Part shown: positions 1 to 8,607 of the stretch, piece by piece | How positions within the stretch are numbered: the first letter of the stretch is position 1 | How the letters are laid out: each line of letters opens with the position of its first letter | NCBI GenBank assembly: GCA_047634535.1 | Contig: JBLIAQ010000001.1 | Coordinates: 1 to 43,620 of the forward strand | DNA from: Cycloclasticus sp. | GTDB taxonomy: Bacteria; Pseudomonadota; Gammaproteobacteria; Methylococcales; Cycloclasticaceae | DNA: 43,620 nt | Direction of reading: 5' to 3' | The notes under the pieces: model-generated | What the model saw: the letters and a program-made list of their open reading frames with translations, nothing else | What the model was told of the DNA's origin: nothing | The model's database searches: none | Position numbers and translations under genes: made by a program

Positions 1-315
1 CAACAAATTGAATACCTTGCCGATTATATATTTAGCTTAAGTGGCAGAGAACACAAGGCGACCGATGCGCAACGCGGCAAAGCAATTTTTGCAAGTTACT
101 GTGTCGCCTGCCATCAGGCTAATGCGATGGGAAATCCTTTGTTGGGTGCGCCTAATTTAGCCGACAAAGTATGGCTTTACGGTGCATCACGTAACAAAGT
201 CACTGAATCCATCGCTAAGGGTCGCAATGGTCATATGCCTGCGAACAAAGACTTTTTAGGTGAAGACAAAGTGCACGTGCTCAGTGCATACGTCTACGGC
301 TTATCGAAAAAATAG
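1..315 (+). CDS. ccoP: cbb3-type cytochrome c oxidase subunit III, C-terminal part (5' truncated by window)
   Basis: Frame 1 is open from base 1: QQIEYLADYIFSLSGR...FASYCVACHQANAMGNPLLGAPNLADKVWLYG...GRNGHMP. It has the CxxCH heme c motif and the GAPNL/WLYG motifs, and lies upstream of ccoG. Confidence 0.93.
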   Translation, partial: QQIEYLADYIFSLSGREHKATDAQRGKAIFASYCVACHQANAMGNPLLGAPNLADKVWLYGASRNKVTESIAKGRNGHMPANKDFLGEDKVHVLSAYVYGLSKK

Positions 316-322
316 TTACCCG

Positions 323-562
323 ATGGAACTCAGCAAAAAACGCATTATTATCGGAACATTATGGCCATCCTTCTGGATGGCCTGTGCGCTAAGCGGCATT
401 ATTTTTAGTACCATTGACCCGCTTTTAGTTGTCGCACAGATGGGATTTCATGAACTATCCTATTTAGCGGCTTACACACTGGGGTTCTTTTTCTTTTGGT
501 TTATTTGCGCCTGGAGTGGTTTTTTTTCTATTATTTTTTCACGCGCTGCATCTAATAAATAA
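323..562 (+). CDS. Small 2-TM membrane protein (79 aa) in the cco operon
   Basis: ATG at 323, 7 nt after the ccoP stop. Two hydrophobic segments (LWPSFWMACALSGIIFS; AAYTLGFFFFWFICAWSGFFSIIF). Its stop overlaps the ccoG ATG (TAATG). Confidence 0.75.
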   Translation: MELSKKRIIIGTLWPSFWMACALSGIIFSTIDPLLVVAQMGFHELSYLAAYTLGFFFFWFICAWSGFFSIIFSRAASNK

Positions 563-1950
563 TGGCCATAGAACAAACCGACTCTGTAGAGTCGTCGCTT
601 TTCGAAAAGCGAAAGAAACTATACCCAAGGGAAGTTCATGGTTTATTTGCCAAACTCCGAGTTTTAGGCATTACGGTACTACTCGGGCTGTATTACCTGT
701 TACCCTGGATTAATCTAAACGATCATCAGATTGTTCTACTTGATTTACCCGCTCGTAAGTTCTACATTTTTCATTGGATATTCTGGCCACAGGACTTTAT
801 TTATCTCGCTTTATTACTTATTTGTGCTGCCTTTGCGCTCTTTCTTTTTACCGCTTTAGCTGGCCGCCTCTGGTGTGGCTACGCCTGTCCTCAAACCGTA
901 TGGACTGAAGTCTTTTTATGGATTGAACGTAAAGTGGAAGGAAGTCGTTCCCAGCAAATGAAGTTAGACAAGCAGGCCAATAGTCTAAATAAATTTCGCA
1001 TTAAGGCCACGAAACATACCCTCTGGATTGTTTTTGCCACTTTTACTGGTTTTACTTTTGTTGGCTTCTTTACCCCCATAAGAGAACTGTCAGCCAGTAT
1101 TATAAATTTCCAGTTAGGGCCCTGGGAAACCTTCTGGTTGATTTTTTATAGTCTGGCGACCTATGGCAATGCGGGCTGGTTGCGCGAGCAAGTTTGTATG
1201 TATATGTGCCCCTATGCTCGCTTTCAGAGCGCAATGTTGGACAAAAACTCGATGGTCATTTCGTACGACGTGCTCAGAGGCGAACCCCGCGGCAGTAGAA
1301 AAAAGGGCGAAGACCCTGCGACAAAAAATCTTGGCAGCTGCGTAGACTGCACGCTATGCGTACAGGTCTGCCCTACCGGTATTGATATTCGAGATGGCTT
1401 ACAATACGAATGCATTGGTTGTGCGGCCTGTATAGACGTTTGCGATGACGTAATGGACAAAATGGATTATCCTTCTGGCCTGATCAAATATACGACCGAA
1501 AACAGCCTGGATGGCAAGCCGACAAAAATCCTCCGTGCCAGAGTTATCATTTATACGCTCCTGTTGATCAGTATTTTATCCGGTGTGATCTATTCCATTG
1601 AAACTCGAGATTCAGTTGCACTAAACATATTAAGGGACAGGAACACCTTGTATCGCGAGAACTATGACGGCACTATTAGCAATAGTTACACCATCAAAAT
1701 ACTCAATATGGATCTTATAGACCATCGCTATAAATTAAAAGTCAGCGGAATTGATGATATTGAGCTTTCTATCATCGATCCCATTTACGTTAAAGCTGGT
1801 CAGGTATTAGAAGCACCACTACTGTTATCTGTTCAGCCAGAAGCCTTACATAAGCCTTCGATAAAAATATCTTTATCCCTTCAAGCCCTGGAACACCCCT
1901 CCATCAAGACAGTGTCAGAAGGCCGATTTATTGGACCATTGGACCCCTAA
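562..1950 (+). CDS. ccoG: Cytochrome c oxidase accessory protein CcoG (FixG; 4Fe-4S membrane protein)
   Basis: GRLWCGYACPQTVW, REQVCMYMCPYARFQS, CVDCTLCVQVCPTGIDIR and CIGCAACIDVC motifs. Confidence 0.96.
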   Translation: MAIEQTDSVESSLFEKRKKLYPREVHGLFAKLRVLGITVLLGLYYLLPWINLNDHQIVLLDLPARKFYIFHWIFWPQDFIYLALLLICAAFALFLFTALAGRLWCGYACPQTVWTEVFLWIERKVEGSRSQQMKLDKQANSLNKFRIKATKHTLWIVFATFTGFTFVGFFTPIRELSASIINFQLGPWETFWLIFYSLATYGNAGWLREQVCMYMCPYARFQSAMLDKNSMVISYDVLRGEPRGSRKKGEDPATKNLGSCVDCTLCVQVCPTGIDIRDGLQYECIGCAACIDVCDDVMDKMDYPSGLIKYTTENSLDGKPTKILRARVIIYTLLLISILSGVIYSIETRDSVALNILRDRNTLYRENYDGTISNSYTIKILNMDLIDHRYKLKVSGIDDIELSIIDPIYVKAGQVLEAPLLLSVQPEALHKPSIKISLSLQALEHPSIKTVSEGRFIGPLDP

Positions 1951-1953
1951 AGC

Positions 1954-2430
1954 ATGAATAATGTCTCACCACCTAAGCTCCCATGGTACAAGCAGTTTTG
2001 GCCCTGGTTCCTAATATTACTCCCGATGTCGGTGGTTATTGCCAGCGTCATCACGTTTGTCATTGCGCAAAATAACAAACCCTCACTGGTGTCGGGGAAT
2101 TATTACAAAGAAGGCCTCGCTATTAACGCCAATAAGAAACTAGAAGAAAACGCCAGACTGCTTGGATTAACCGCTGATCTTATCGCTAACGGTACCACGC
2201 TGACAGTTCATCTCAATGGTTTGCAGGTTGAGCCATTGAGCTTAATCGTCGATTTAAGGCACTCAACCATTAGTCAGCACGATAAGTCTTTAACGCTGAC
2301 AAGAATAAGCAATGGCGTTTATCAATCGCCGTTTATCCTGCCAAAAGCCGGTAAATGGTACATCGACATTAAAGGTGTCGATCACGAGTGGGAAATAAAA
2401 AAGCTTGCTTATTTTGACTATAGCAAATAA
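1954..2430 (+). CDS. ccoH: FixH/CcoH family protein
   Basis: PWYKQFWPWFLI N-terminal TM, YYKEGLAIN and GKWYI motifs; follows ccoG. Confidence 0.9.
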   Translation: MNNVSPPKLPWYKQFWPWFLILLPMSVVIASVITFVIAQNNKPSLVSGNYYKEGLAINANKKLEENARLLGLTADLIANGTTLTVHLNGLQVEPLSLIVDLRHSTISQHDKSLTLTRISNGVYQSPFILPKAGKWYIDIKGVDHEWEIKKLAYFDYSK

Positions 2431-2461
2431 ATATTTGAACTTTAACAGTCCATTTTCTTGC

Positions 2462-2475
2462 GTCAATAAATCGTC
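2462..2475 (+). promoter_or_regulatory. Putative FleQ/FlrA binding box
   Basis: GTCAATAAATCGTC matches the Pseudomonas FleQ consensus GTCAATAAATTGAC at 12/14 positions, about 80 bp upstream of a sigma54 -24 element. Confidence 0.55.
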
Positions 2476-2548
2476 ACATCAACTAAAACAACACCTTTGT
2501 TATCACATATTAATTGCAAGCAATTGTTTATAAAGACTTATTTATTAT

Positions 2549-2564
2549 TGGCACGCTTCTGGCT
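2549..2564 (+). promoter_or_regulatory. sigma54 (-24/-12) promoter of the GGDEF gene
   Basis: TGGCACGCTTCTGGCT: TGGCACG with exact GG-N10-GC spacing, 35 nt upstream of an ATG with an AAGG SD. Confidence 0.75.
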
Positions 2565-2599
2565 TTATGTTTTCAAAAATTTAATAAGAAAGGTAAACC

Positions 2600-3511
2600 A
2601 TGGCCATATCAACTGATCAAATGACGATGGAGTTAAAAAAAATTAAAGCCAGTATTGGGAATAAGGAGTTAGCTCTTGAGCAGTTTAGCGACCCTATTAA
2701 TCATCAGAGGCTTATCAGCGCGTTACAAACCACTATAAATATGGATGAGTTACTGCCTATATTTAGCGCAGAACTTTCAAATACCGTCGCGCATAGTGGA
2801 TTCACTTTTGAGCACAGCGAGATCGGCGTTAACTTTCAACACGGACAACGCACTAACCATACCTGCGAATACACCCTGGCGATCGAAAATACCTCGCTTG
2901 GAAAAATGACGTTTATGCGTCGGCAACGTTTTAGCGAGGGCGAGTTAAAACTGATCGAAAACCATTTAAGCGCTCTGTTATACCCTTTAAGAAACACACT
3001 TTTATACCTCCAGGCTATCCAGTCCGCCCACACAGACCCTTTAACCGGCGTTTTAAATCGCTCTACACTGCAGTCCGTATTTCAAAAAGAAATGGCCTTA
3101 AGCAAACGTCACCACGCCGATTTAACGCTGTTAATGTTGGATATAGACTCTTTCAAAAAGGTCAATGACACGTATGGTCACGTAATGGGAGACAAAGCAC
3201 TCATCGCTCTAACTCAATGCATTAAAGAAACCGCCCGTGAAAGTGATCATATTTTTCGTCTCGGTGGCGAAGAGTTTGCAATATTACTGAGCAGCACCGA
3301 TTTAGAAGGCGCTAACTTATTGGCAGAACGATTAAGAAAAGCCGTACAAAATATCGACATTCAACAGGCTGAAAAAAGCTTTAACTTCACCGTCAGTATC
3401 GGTTTAGCACAGCAACAGGCAGACGATACGCTTGAAGCTATAATGCACCGCGCGGATAAAGCCTTATACGAAGCGAAGAAAACAGGTAGAAATAGGGTAG
3501 TGAGTGCTTAA
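2600..3511 (+). CDS. Cytoplasmic diguanylate cyclase (GGDEF domain)
   Basis: TDPLTGVLNR, LDIDSFKKVNDTYGHVMGD, I-site RESD and GGEEF active site; no TM segments. Confidence 0.93.
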   Translation: MAISTDQMTMELKKIKASIGNKELALEQFSDPINHQRLISALQTTINMDELLPIFSAELSNTVAHSGFTFEHSEIGVNFQHGQRTNHTCEYTLAIENTSLGKMTFMRRQRFSEGELKLIENHLSALLYPLRNTLLYLQAIQSAHTDPLTGVLNRSTLQSVFQKEMALSKRHHADLTLLMLDIDSFKKVNDTYGHVMGDKALIALTQCIKETARESDHIFRLGGEEFAILLSSTDLEGANLLAERLRKAVQNIDIQQAEKSFNFTVSIGLAQQQADDTLEAIMHRADKALYEAKKTGRNRVVSA

Positions 3512-4302
3512 AGACTGGTAATTCGTTTAAGCTCTGTTACTTCTTTTTTATCTAAAAATTGGTGCCGACCTGCTGGTAAGCCAGGCGGCAAAAAGACAGT
3601 ACCATAACGAACCCTGATTAAACGACTTACTTTACAGTCTTGCGACTCCCATAAGCGCCTAACGACGCGATTACGCCCTTCTGCTACCACCACGTGGTAC
3701 CAACGGTTTATACCTGCCCCACCGGACTCATGAATATCCTCGAAGCGGGCCTTTCCATCTTCCAGCTCTACCCCATTAACCAATCGTTCAAGCATTTCGT
3801 CGTTGACCACGCCCATCACTCGTACGGCGTATTCACGATCAATTTGTTGCGAGGGGTGCATCAGTTTATTGGCCAGTTCGCCATCATTGGTAAATATTAA
3901 TAAGCCCTGGGTATTTAGATCAAGCCGACCCACTGATATCCAGCGCCCACTTTTCAACTTCGGTAAGTGTTTAAAAACACTCGGGCGACCTTCTGGATCT
4001 CTCTTACTAACTATTTCGCCAGCGGGCTTGTGGTAAATAAGCACCTGTGTGTCGACCTGTAGTTTACCTTCTAATTTAACCGGCTTCCCCCTGAGTCTTA
4101 TTTCATCTCGGACGCTGATTTTATCGCCTAATTTTGCCACCACGCCGTTTACAATAATGGAGCCATCGGCTATCCACTTTTCAACTTGTCTGCGTGAGCC
4201 TAAACCCGCTTGCGCTAGCAGTTTTTGTATTCGCTCGGGCTCTGCGCGTTTAGGTTTATTGGATGTTTTCGGTGGTAGGCTCTCTAGCGGGTTCTTTTTC
4301 AT
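3508..4302 (-). CDS. rluB: 23S rRNA pseudouridine(2605) synthase RluB
   Basis: S4 domain ERIQKLLAQAGLGSRR, VGRLDLNTQGLL catalytic motif and EGRNRVVRRLWESQ; downstream of scpB. Start placed at ATG 4302 (the track extends to 4338). Confidence 0.93.
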   Translation of the reverse strand: MKKNPLESLPPKTSNKPKRAEPERIQKLLAQAGLGSRRQVEKWIADGSIIVNGVVAKLGDKISVRDEIRLRGKPVKLEGKLQVDTQVLIYHKPAGEIVSKRDPEGRPSVFKHLPKLKSGRWISVGRLDLNTQGLLIFTNDGELANKLMHPSQQIDREYAVRVMGVVNDEMLERLVNGVELEDGKARFEDIHESGGAGINRWYHVVVAEGRNRVVRRLWESQDCKVSRLIRVRYGTVFLPPGLPAGRHQFLDKKEVTELKRITSL

Positions 4303-4897
4303 AGTGGTTAACTTCTTTATTTGTTGGGGCATTGTCACCCAGGTTTAATTGCAGGTCTTTGTCCGGCAATAAATTAATATCCATTAAACTAGCCAGCGGT
4401 GGCAAATCCGCTAGTGTTTGCAAATTAAAGTAATCAAGAAACTCTTTGCTCGTGGCGTATAAAGCTGGGCGTCCTGGCACTTCTTTGTGGCCAATAACAC
4501 GAATCCAGTCTCTTTCTTGCAGGCTTCGCATAATGTTGGTGCTGACCGCAACGCCACGGATCTCTTCTATTTCGCCGCGTGTTGCTGGTTGTTGGTAGGC
4601 AATAATTGCTAAAGTTTCTAGTAGCGCACGGCTGTATTTTACAGGTTTTTCTTCCCATAATCTTGCAACCCAGGATGAATATTCAGATTTAACCTGGAAA
4701 CGGTATCCACTGGCGGTTTCGACCAACTCAATCGGCCTATCTGAATACTCTTTTAATAACTGTTTAATCGTTGCTCGAAGCAGATGCTGATCAGGGCGTT
4801 CCTCGAGCATAAACAAGTTCTGCAACTCACTAATAGATAGCGGTTCATTGGCGGCAAATAATGACGCTTCGATGATGTCTTTTATTTCAATATCCAT
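4256..4897 (-). CDS. scpB: SMC-Scp complex subunit ScpB
   Basis: YSRALLETLAIIAYQQPATRGEIEEIRGV and PGRPALYATS motifs. Confidence 0.96.
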   Translation of the reverse strand: MDIEIKDIIEASLFAANEPLSISELQNLFMLEERPDQHLLRATIKQLLKEYSDRPIELVETASGYRFQVKSEYSSWVARLWEEKPVKYSRALLETLAIIAYQQPATRGEIEEIRGVAVSTNIMRSLQERDWIRVIGHKEVPGRPALYATSKEFLDYFNLQTLADLPPLASLMDINLLPDKDLQLNLGDNAPTNKEVNHYEKEPAREPTTENIQ

Positions 4898-5706
4898 TAT
4901 TCAAACACCGGTTTGATCCAAATTTCTGACAGCGGCTCGCCTTGAACAATTTCAATCAGGCCCTCTTTAGATAACTCCAGCACGGCCAAAAAAGTGACTA
5001 CCGCTCCCGCCCTGCCTTCTCGCAACGAAAAAAATTGATGAAAAGCTAAAAACTCTTCGGTTTTGCTCAGCCTGGTTAAAATTCTCGACATTCTCTCCCT
5101 CACAGATAATGTTTCTCGTTGAATTTGATGGTGGGTAAATTTTTCTGCACGCCGTAGTACGTCCTGGAAGGCGATCAAAATGGCACTTAACTCAACATCC
5201 GGCAAGGGTTTATCCACCTTATCTATCACCAGATCTACAGTGGCCAGAAAATTATCGCGATATAAGCGAGGAAGCGCATCAATATCCTCAGCCGCTCGTT
5301 TATAACGCTCATATTCTTGTAGACGCCTGATCAATTCGGCGCGAGGGTCTTCTTCCTCTGCCGACTCTTCGTGTTGCTTAGGCAGCAACATTTTAGATTT
5401 AATTTCTGCCAGCATAGCCGCCATAACTAAATATTCGGCCGCCAGTTCCATGCGTAAATTTTGCATGAGTGCGATATATTCGATGTATTGCTCGGTGATC
5501 TTTAGTACCGGGATATTAAGAATATCCAAATTTTGGTGTTTAATAAGATACAGCAATAAGTCCAGCGGCCCTTCAAATGTGTCTAAAAACACCTCTAACG
5601 CATCCGGTGGGATATATAAATCGTCGGGCAATTCATAAAAAGGCTTACCGTCAACCAGTACCAGAGACTGCTGGATTGGCACTACATTAATAGGTGGCTG
5701 TTCCAT
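4897..5706 (-). CDS. scpA: Segregation and condensation protein ScpA (kleisin)
   Basis: FEGPLDLLLYLI, AAEYLVMAAMLAEIKS, EEDPRAEL and VVTFLAVLEL motifs. Confidence 0.96.
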   Translation of the reverse strand: MEQPPINVVPIQQSLVLVDGKPFYELPDDLYIPPDALEVFLDTFEGPLDLLLYLIKHQNLDILNIPVLKITEQYIEYIALMQNLRMELAAEYLVMAAMLAEIKSKMLLPKQHEESAEEEDPRAELIRRLQEYERYKRAAEDIDALPRLYRDNFLATVDLVIDKVDKPLPDVELSAILIAFQDVLRRAEKFTHHQIQRETLSVRERMSRILTRLSKTEEFLAFHQFFSLREGRAGAVVTFLAVLELSKEGLIEIVQGEPLSEIWIKPVFE

Positions 5707-5811
5707 TCCGATAATTTCTTTTACGGTCGATTAAATACTGCTAAGCATAACAAAGCGAATCAAATAACTCATTAAAAGACTGTGGCTCTGCTTTAATAAC
5801 CCTCATGAAGA

Positions 5812-7251
5812 TTATTCGATTTGCATAATCTTCATGGTATTTGTACCACCGTGACTGCCGATTAACTCTCCCATTGTGATAATGACCAGATCGTCTTTCT
5901 CCACAATCTCAAGCTGCTTCAGTCTCGTCATTGCCGCCTGATTAACATTTATTGAACTGTCCGGTTTGAGCTTGATTAAAATCGGCACAACGCCTCTGTA
6001 TAGCGTTACACGGCGACAAATTGTTTCATCAGGCACCATCGCAAAAATAGGGATGCCCGAACTAATTCTGGACATTCTCATCGGTGTTGAACCGGTATCA
6101 GTAAATGCGGCTATGGCTTTAATGTCGGTGTGGTTGGCCACGTACATAGCCGATAAAGCTATCGCCTCATCGATCCTGGTAAATTGTTTACCCATACGGT
6201 GCCTTGAGATAGTAGACCTCGGTTGACGCTCAGTTTCTTCACAAATACGCCCCATTGCTTCGACCGTTTTAACGGGGTATTTGCCGACCGACGTTTCCGC
6301 CGAGAGCATTACGGCGTCGGTTCCATCGGCCACTGCATTGGCTACGTCAAACACCTCTGCGCGGGTTGGAATTGGGTTTTGAATCATCGATTCCATCATT
6401 TGGGTCGCCGTTATAACGATCGTATTTCTATCGCGCGCTAAACGAATAATGTTTTTTTGTACTGGCGGTAAATTAGCGTCGCCTATTTCTACGCCTAAAT
6501 CACCACGTGCAACCATCACAACATCAGAGGCATCAATAATTTCTTCTAGTACGTCGAGTGCTTCTGCGCGTTCAATTTTAGCCACCAAGAAAGCATGACT
6601 TCCAGCCGCTTCAACCAGGGCTCTGGCATGATTCATATCATCTGCATTGCGCGGAAATGAAACCGCAATAAAATCCACACCAATCTCAGCGGCCGTAATA
6701 ATATCCTGCTTATCTTTATCGGTAAGAGCGTTAGCCGATAAGCCACCACCCTGAAGGTTGATACCTTTATTGTTGGATAGTTCGCCACCAACGACAACCG
6801 TACAGTTAATTTTTCCACCTTCGACCGAATTCACTTCCAGCACAATGCGCCCATCGTCTAACAATAGTCGATTACCACTCGATACGTCGTCAGCCAATTG
6901 TTTATAGATACAGCCGACTTGAGTAGCATCGCCATCAGACACGGTTAAGTTCACATCAATAACAAAATCCGCGCCGTCAGCTAACAGCACCTTATTATCC
7001 TTGAATTGGGCTATACGAATTTTAGGCCCTTGCAAATCTGCCAAAATCCCAACGTGGCGACCTATCTTTACAGACAATTCATGCACAAGACGAGCGCGTT
7101 CTCTTTGCTCGTCCGCCTGACCATGCGAAAAGTTTAAACGGACTACGTCAACGCCTGCCCTTAGCAGCTCTTCCAGCACGGCTGGATCGTCCGTAGCTGG
7201 GCCTAATGTCGCAACAATCTTAGTTCGTCTCGGTTTTCGATAACTTTTCAT
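5812..7251 (-). CDS. pyk: Pyruvate kinase (PykA type)
   Basis: RRTKIVATLGPAT, RLNFSHG, DLQGPKIR, AKIE, MVARGDLGVE, TQMMESM and PTRAEVFDVANA motifs. Confidence 0.97.
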   Translation of the reverse strand: MKSYRKPRRTKIVATLGPATDDPAVLEELLRAGVDVVRLNFSHGQADEQRERARLVHELSVKIGRHVGILADLQGPKIRIAQFKDNKVLLADGADFVIDVNLTVSDGDATQVGCIYKQLADDVSSGNRLLLDDGRIVLEVNSVEGGKINCTVVVGGELSNNKGINLQGGGLSANALTDKDKQDIITAAEIGVDFIAVSFPRNADDMNHARALVEAAGSHAFLVAKIERAEALDVLEEIIDASDVVMVARGDLGVEIGDANLPPVQKNIIRLARDRNTIVITATQMMESMIQNPIPTRAEVFDVANAVADGTDAVMLSAETSVGKYPVKTVEAMGRICEETERQPRSTISRHRMGKQFTRIDEAIALSAMYVANHTDIKAIAAFTDTGSTPMRMSRISSGIPIFAMVPDETICRRVTLYRGVVPILIKLKPDSSINVNQAAMTRLKQLEIVEKDDLVIITMGELIGSHGGTNTMKIMQIE

Positions 7252-7333
7252 AGTTAGCCTTAATAATGGGTGAAAATATAAACTACAATCCTTTGGTTAC
7301 AAAGTGATGTCAGTTTACAAACTCGCACGCTAA

Positions 7334-7648
7334 TTAATCGATATATGAACAACAATAATCTGTTGCTTGATGAATTTTTAAATCAAAATTAGAATTCGCC
7401 GGCACATCAAATGACTCTCCCATCCTAACCGTTAGCCATTCTTGCGAACCCGGCAAGCGCACATCAAGTTGCCCCGCTAAAATTTCCATCACTTCAGCCG
7501 CCTCGGTACCAAAATTATAATCACCAGGCATCATATAGCCCAGGGTCTTGATGGAACCGTCTGCAAACTTAACCGTTCTACTCACGACCTTGCCATCAAA
7601 ATACACATTGGCTTTTTTTATGATATTTACATTTTTAAATTCGGACAT
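7334..7648 (-). CDS. ppnP: Pyrimidine/purine nucleoside phosphorylase PpnP (YaiE)
   Basis: [11 protein letters not shown]...[15 protein letters not shown]...E.MEI...F.VPANS.F...DYCCSY; likely start MSEF at 7648. Confidence 0.92.
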   Translation of the reverse strand: MSEFKNVNIIKKANVYFDGKVVSRTVKFADGSIKTLGYMMPGDYNFGTEAAEVMEILAGQLDVRLPGSQEWLTVRMGESFDVPANSNFDLKIHQATDYCCSYID

Positions 7649-7789
7649 TATTTTTATTTCCAAGATAATAAATAGTTTTAATTGTAACTTAGTTAGAAAA
7701 ATATTAAGCAAACTTAAGGCCCTAATCTAAGCTATTCAACGAGCTAATTCACCCAAAAAACAACAAGCCTTAGCGAAAATAAATATAAC

Positions 7790-7803
7790 TTGATTTAGAT
7801 CAA
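7790..7803 (+). promoter_or_regulatory. FNR/ANR binding site with downstream -10 element (TATGAT at 7826-7831)
   Basis: Perfect TTGAT-TTAG-ATCAA. Its spacing to the -10 hexamer fits a class II (about -41.5) FNR promoter for ompW. Confidence 0.85.
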
Positions 7804-7872
7804 CATAGCTAACGTAGCAAGAAAGTATGATGCTCCTCAAGAACAACAATTCAATCCAAAATGGAGTACATA

Positions 7873-8528
7873 ATGAAACTTAAAAAAAAATTGCCTGTTT
7901 AGTAGCAGCACTTGGGGTTAGTGTCGTAGCAACACCCGTTATGGCTTATGAGGCCGGAGATATTCTCGTTCGTGCTCGTATTATTAATGTCGACCCTCAA
8001 GATGATAGCAGTGGTATTTCAATTAATGGTGCTAACACTGGCATAGAAGCTAGTGTTGATAGTGACACTATGCCTGAACTAGATTTCACCTATATGCTTG
8101 AGCGTCATTGGGGACTTGAACTTATCCTGGCCTATACAGAACACGATGTAAGCACATCACTAGGTGGCTTAGGTAAAGTTGCAAGCACTAAAGTTTTGCC
8201 CCCTACCTTAACGCTACAATACCATTTTTCTCCCGATTCAAATATCCGCCCTTACGTTGGCGCTGGTGTTAATTACACCCACTTTTTTGACTCAAAAGTT
8301 AAAGGTGGGCTAGATGCTCCAGGAGCAGACATTGATATCGACGACTCATGGGGCCTCGCTGCTCAAGCTGGTGTAGATATTGATATGAATGAAGACTGGT
8401 TCGTAAACTTCGACGTTAAGTATATCGATATCAGTGCAGATGCCCACATTAAAAATGGTGCCAGTATTAAAGTTGATATCGACGTAAATCCTATTGTTTG
8501 GGGTATCGGTATTGGCCGACGCTTCTGA
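7873..8528 (+). CDS. ompW: OmpW/OprG family outer membrane protein, frameshifted at an A9 run in the signal peptide (slippage, phase-variable, pseudogene or sequencing error)
   Basis: SD GGAG at 7863-7866 and ATG at 7873 read MKLKKKLPV* (TAG 7900-7902). The other frame continues IACLVAALGVSVVATPVMA-YEAGDILVRAR, with LPPTLTLQYHF, PYVGAGVNY and a terminal F. Confidence 0.9.
7882..7890 (+). repeat. A9 homopolymer causing the ompW frameshift
   Basis: CTT AAAAAAAAA TTG; A7 or A10 would restore the frame. Confidence 0.85.
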
Positions 8529-8547
8529 TAGCTAACTCTACTTAAGC

Positions 8548-8576
8548 AAAAAGGCTGCTATATAGCAGCCTTTTTT
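8548..8576. terminator. Bidirectional rho-independent terminator between ompW and trpS
   Basis: AAAAAGGCTGCTAT-ATAGCAGCCTTTTTT palindrome with an A-run and a T-run on its flanks, between convergent genes. Confidence 0.9.
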
Positions 8577-8607
8577 ATTGCTTAAGTAATATAACCTTCG
8601 AGCTGGA

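Noticed and set aside
7941-8528. ompW starting at ATG 7941 as in the ORF track
   Set aside because: No signal peptide and no convincing SD. This Met is the penultimate residue of the signal peptide encoded from 7873.
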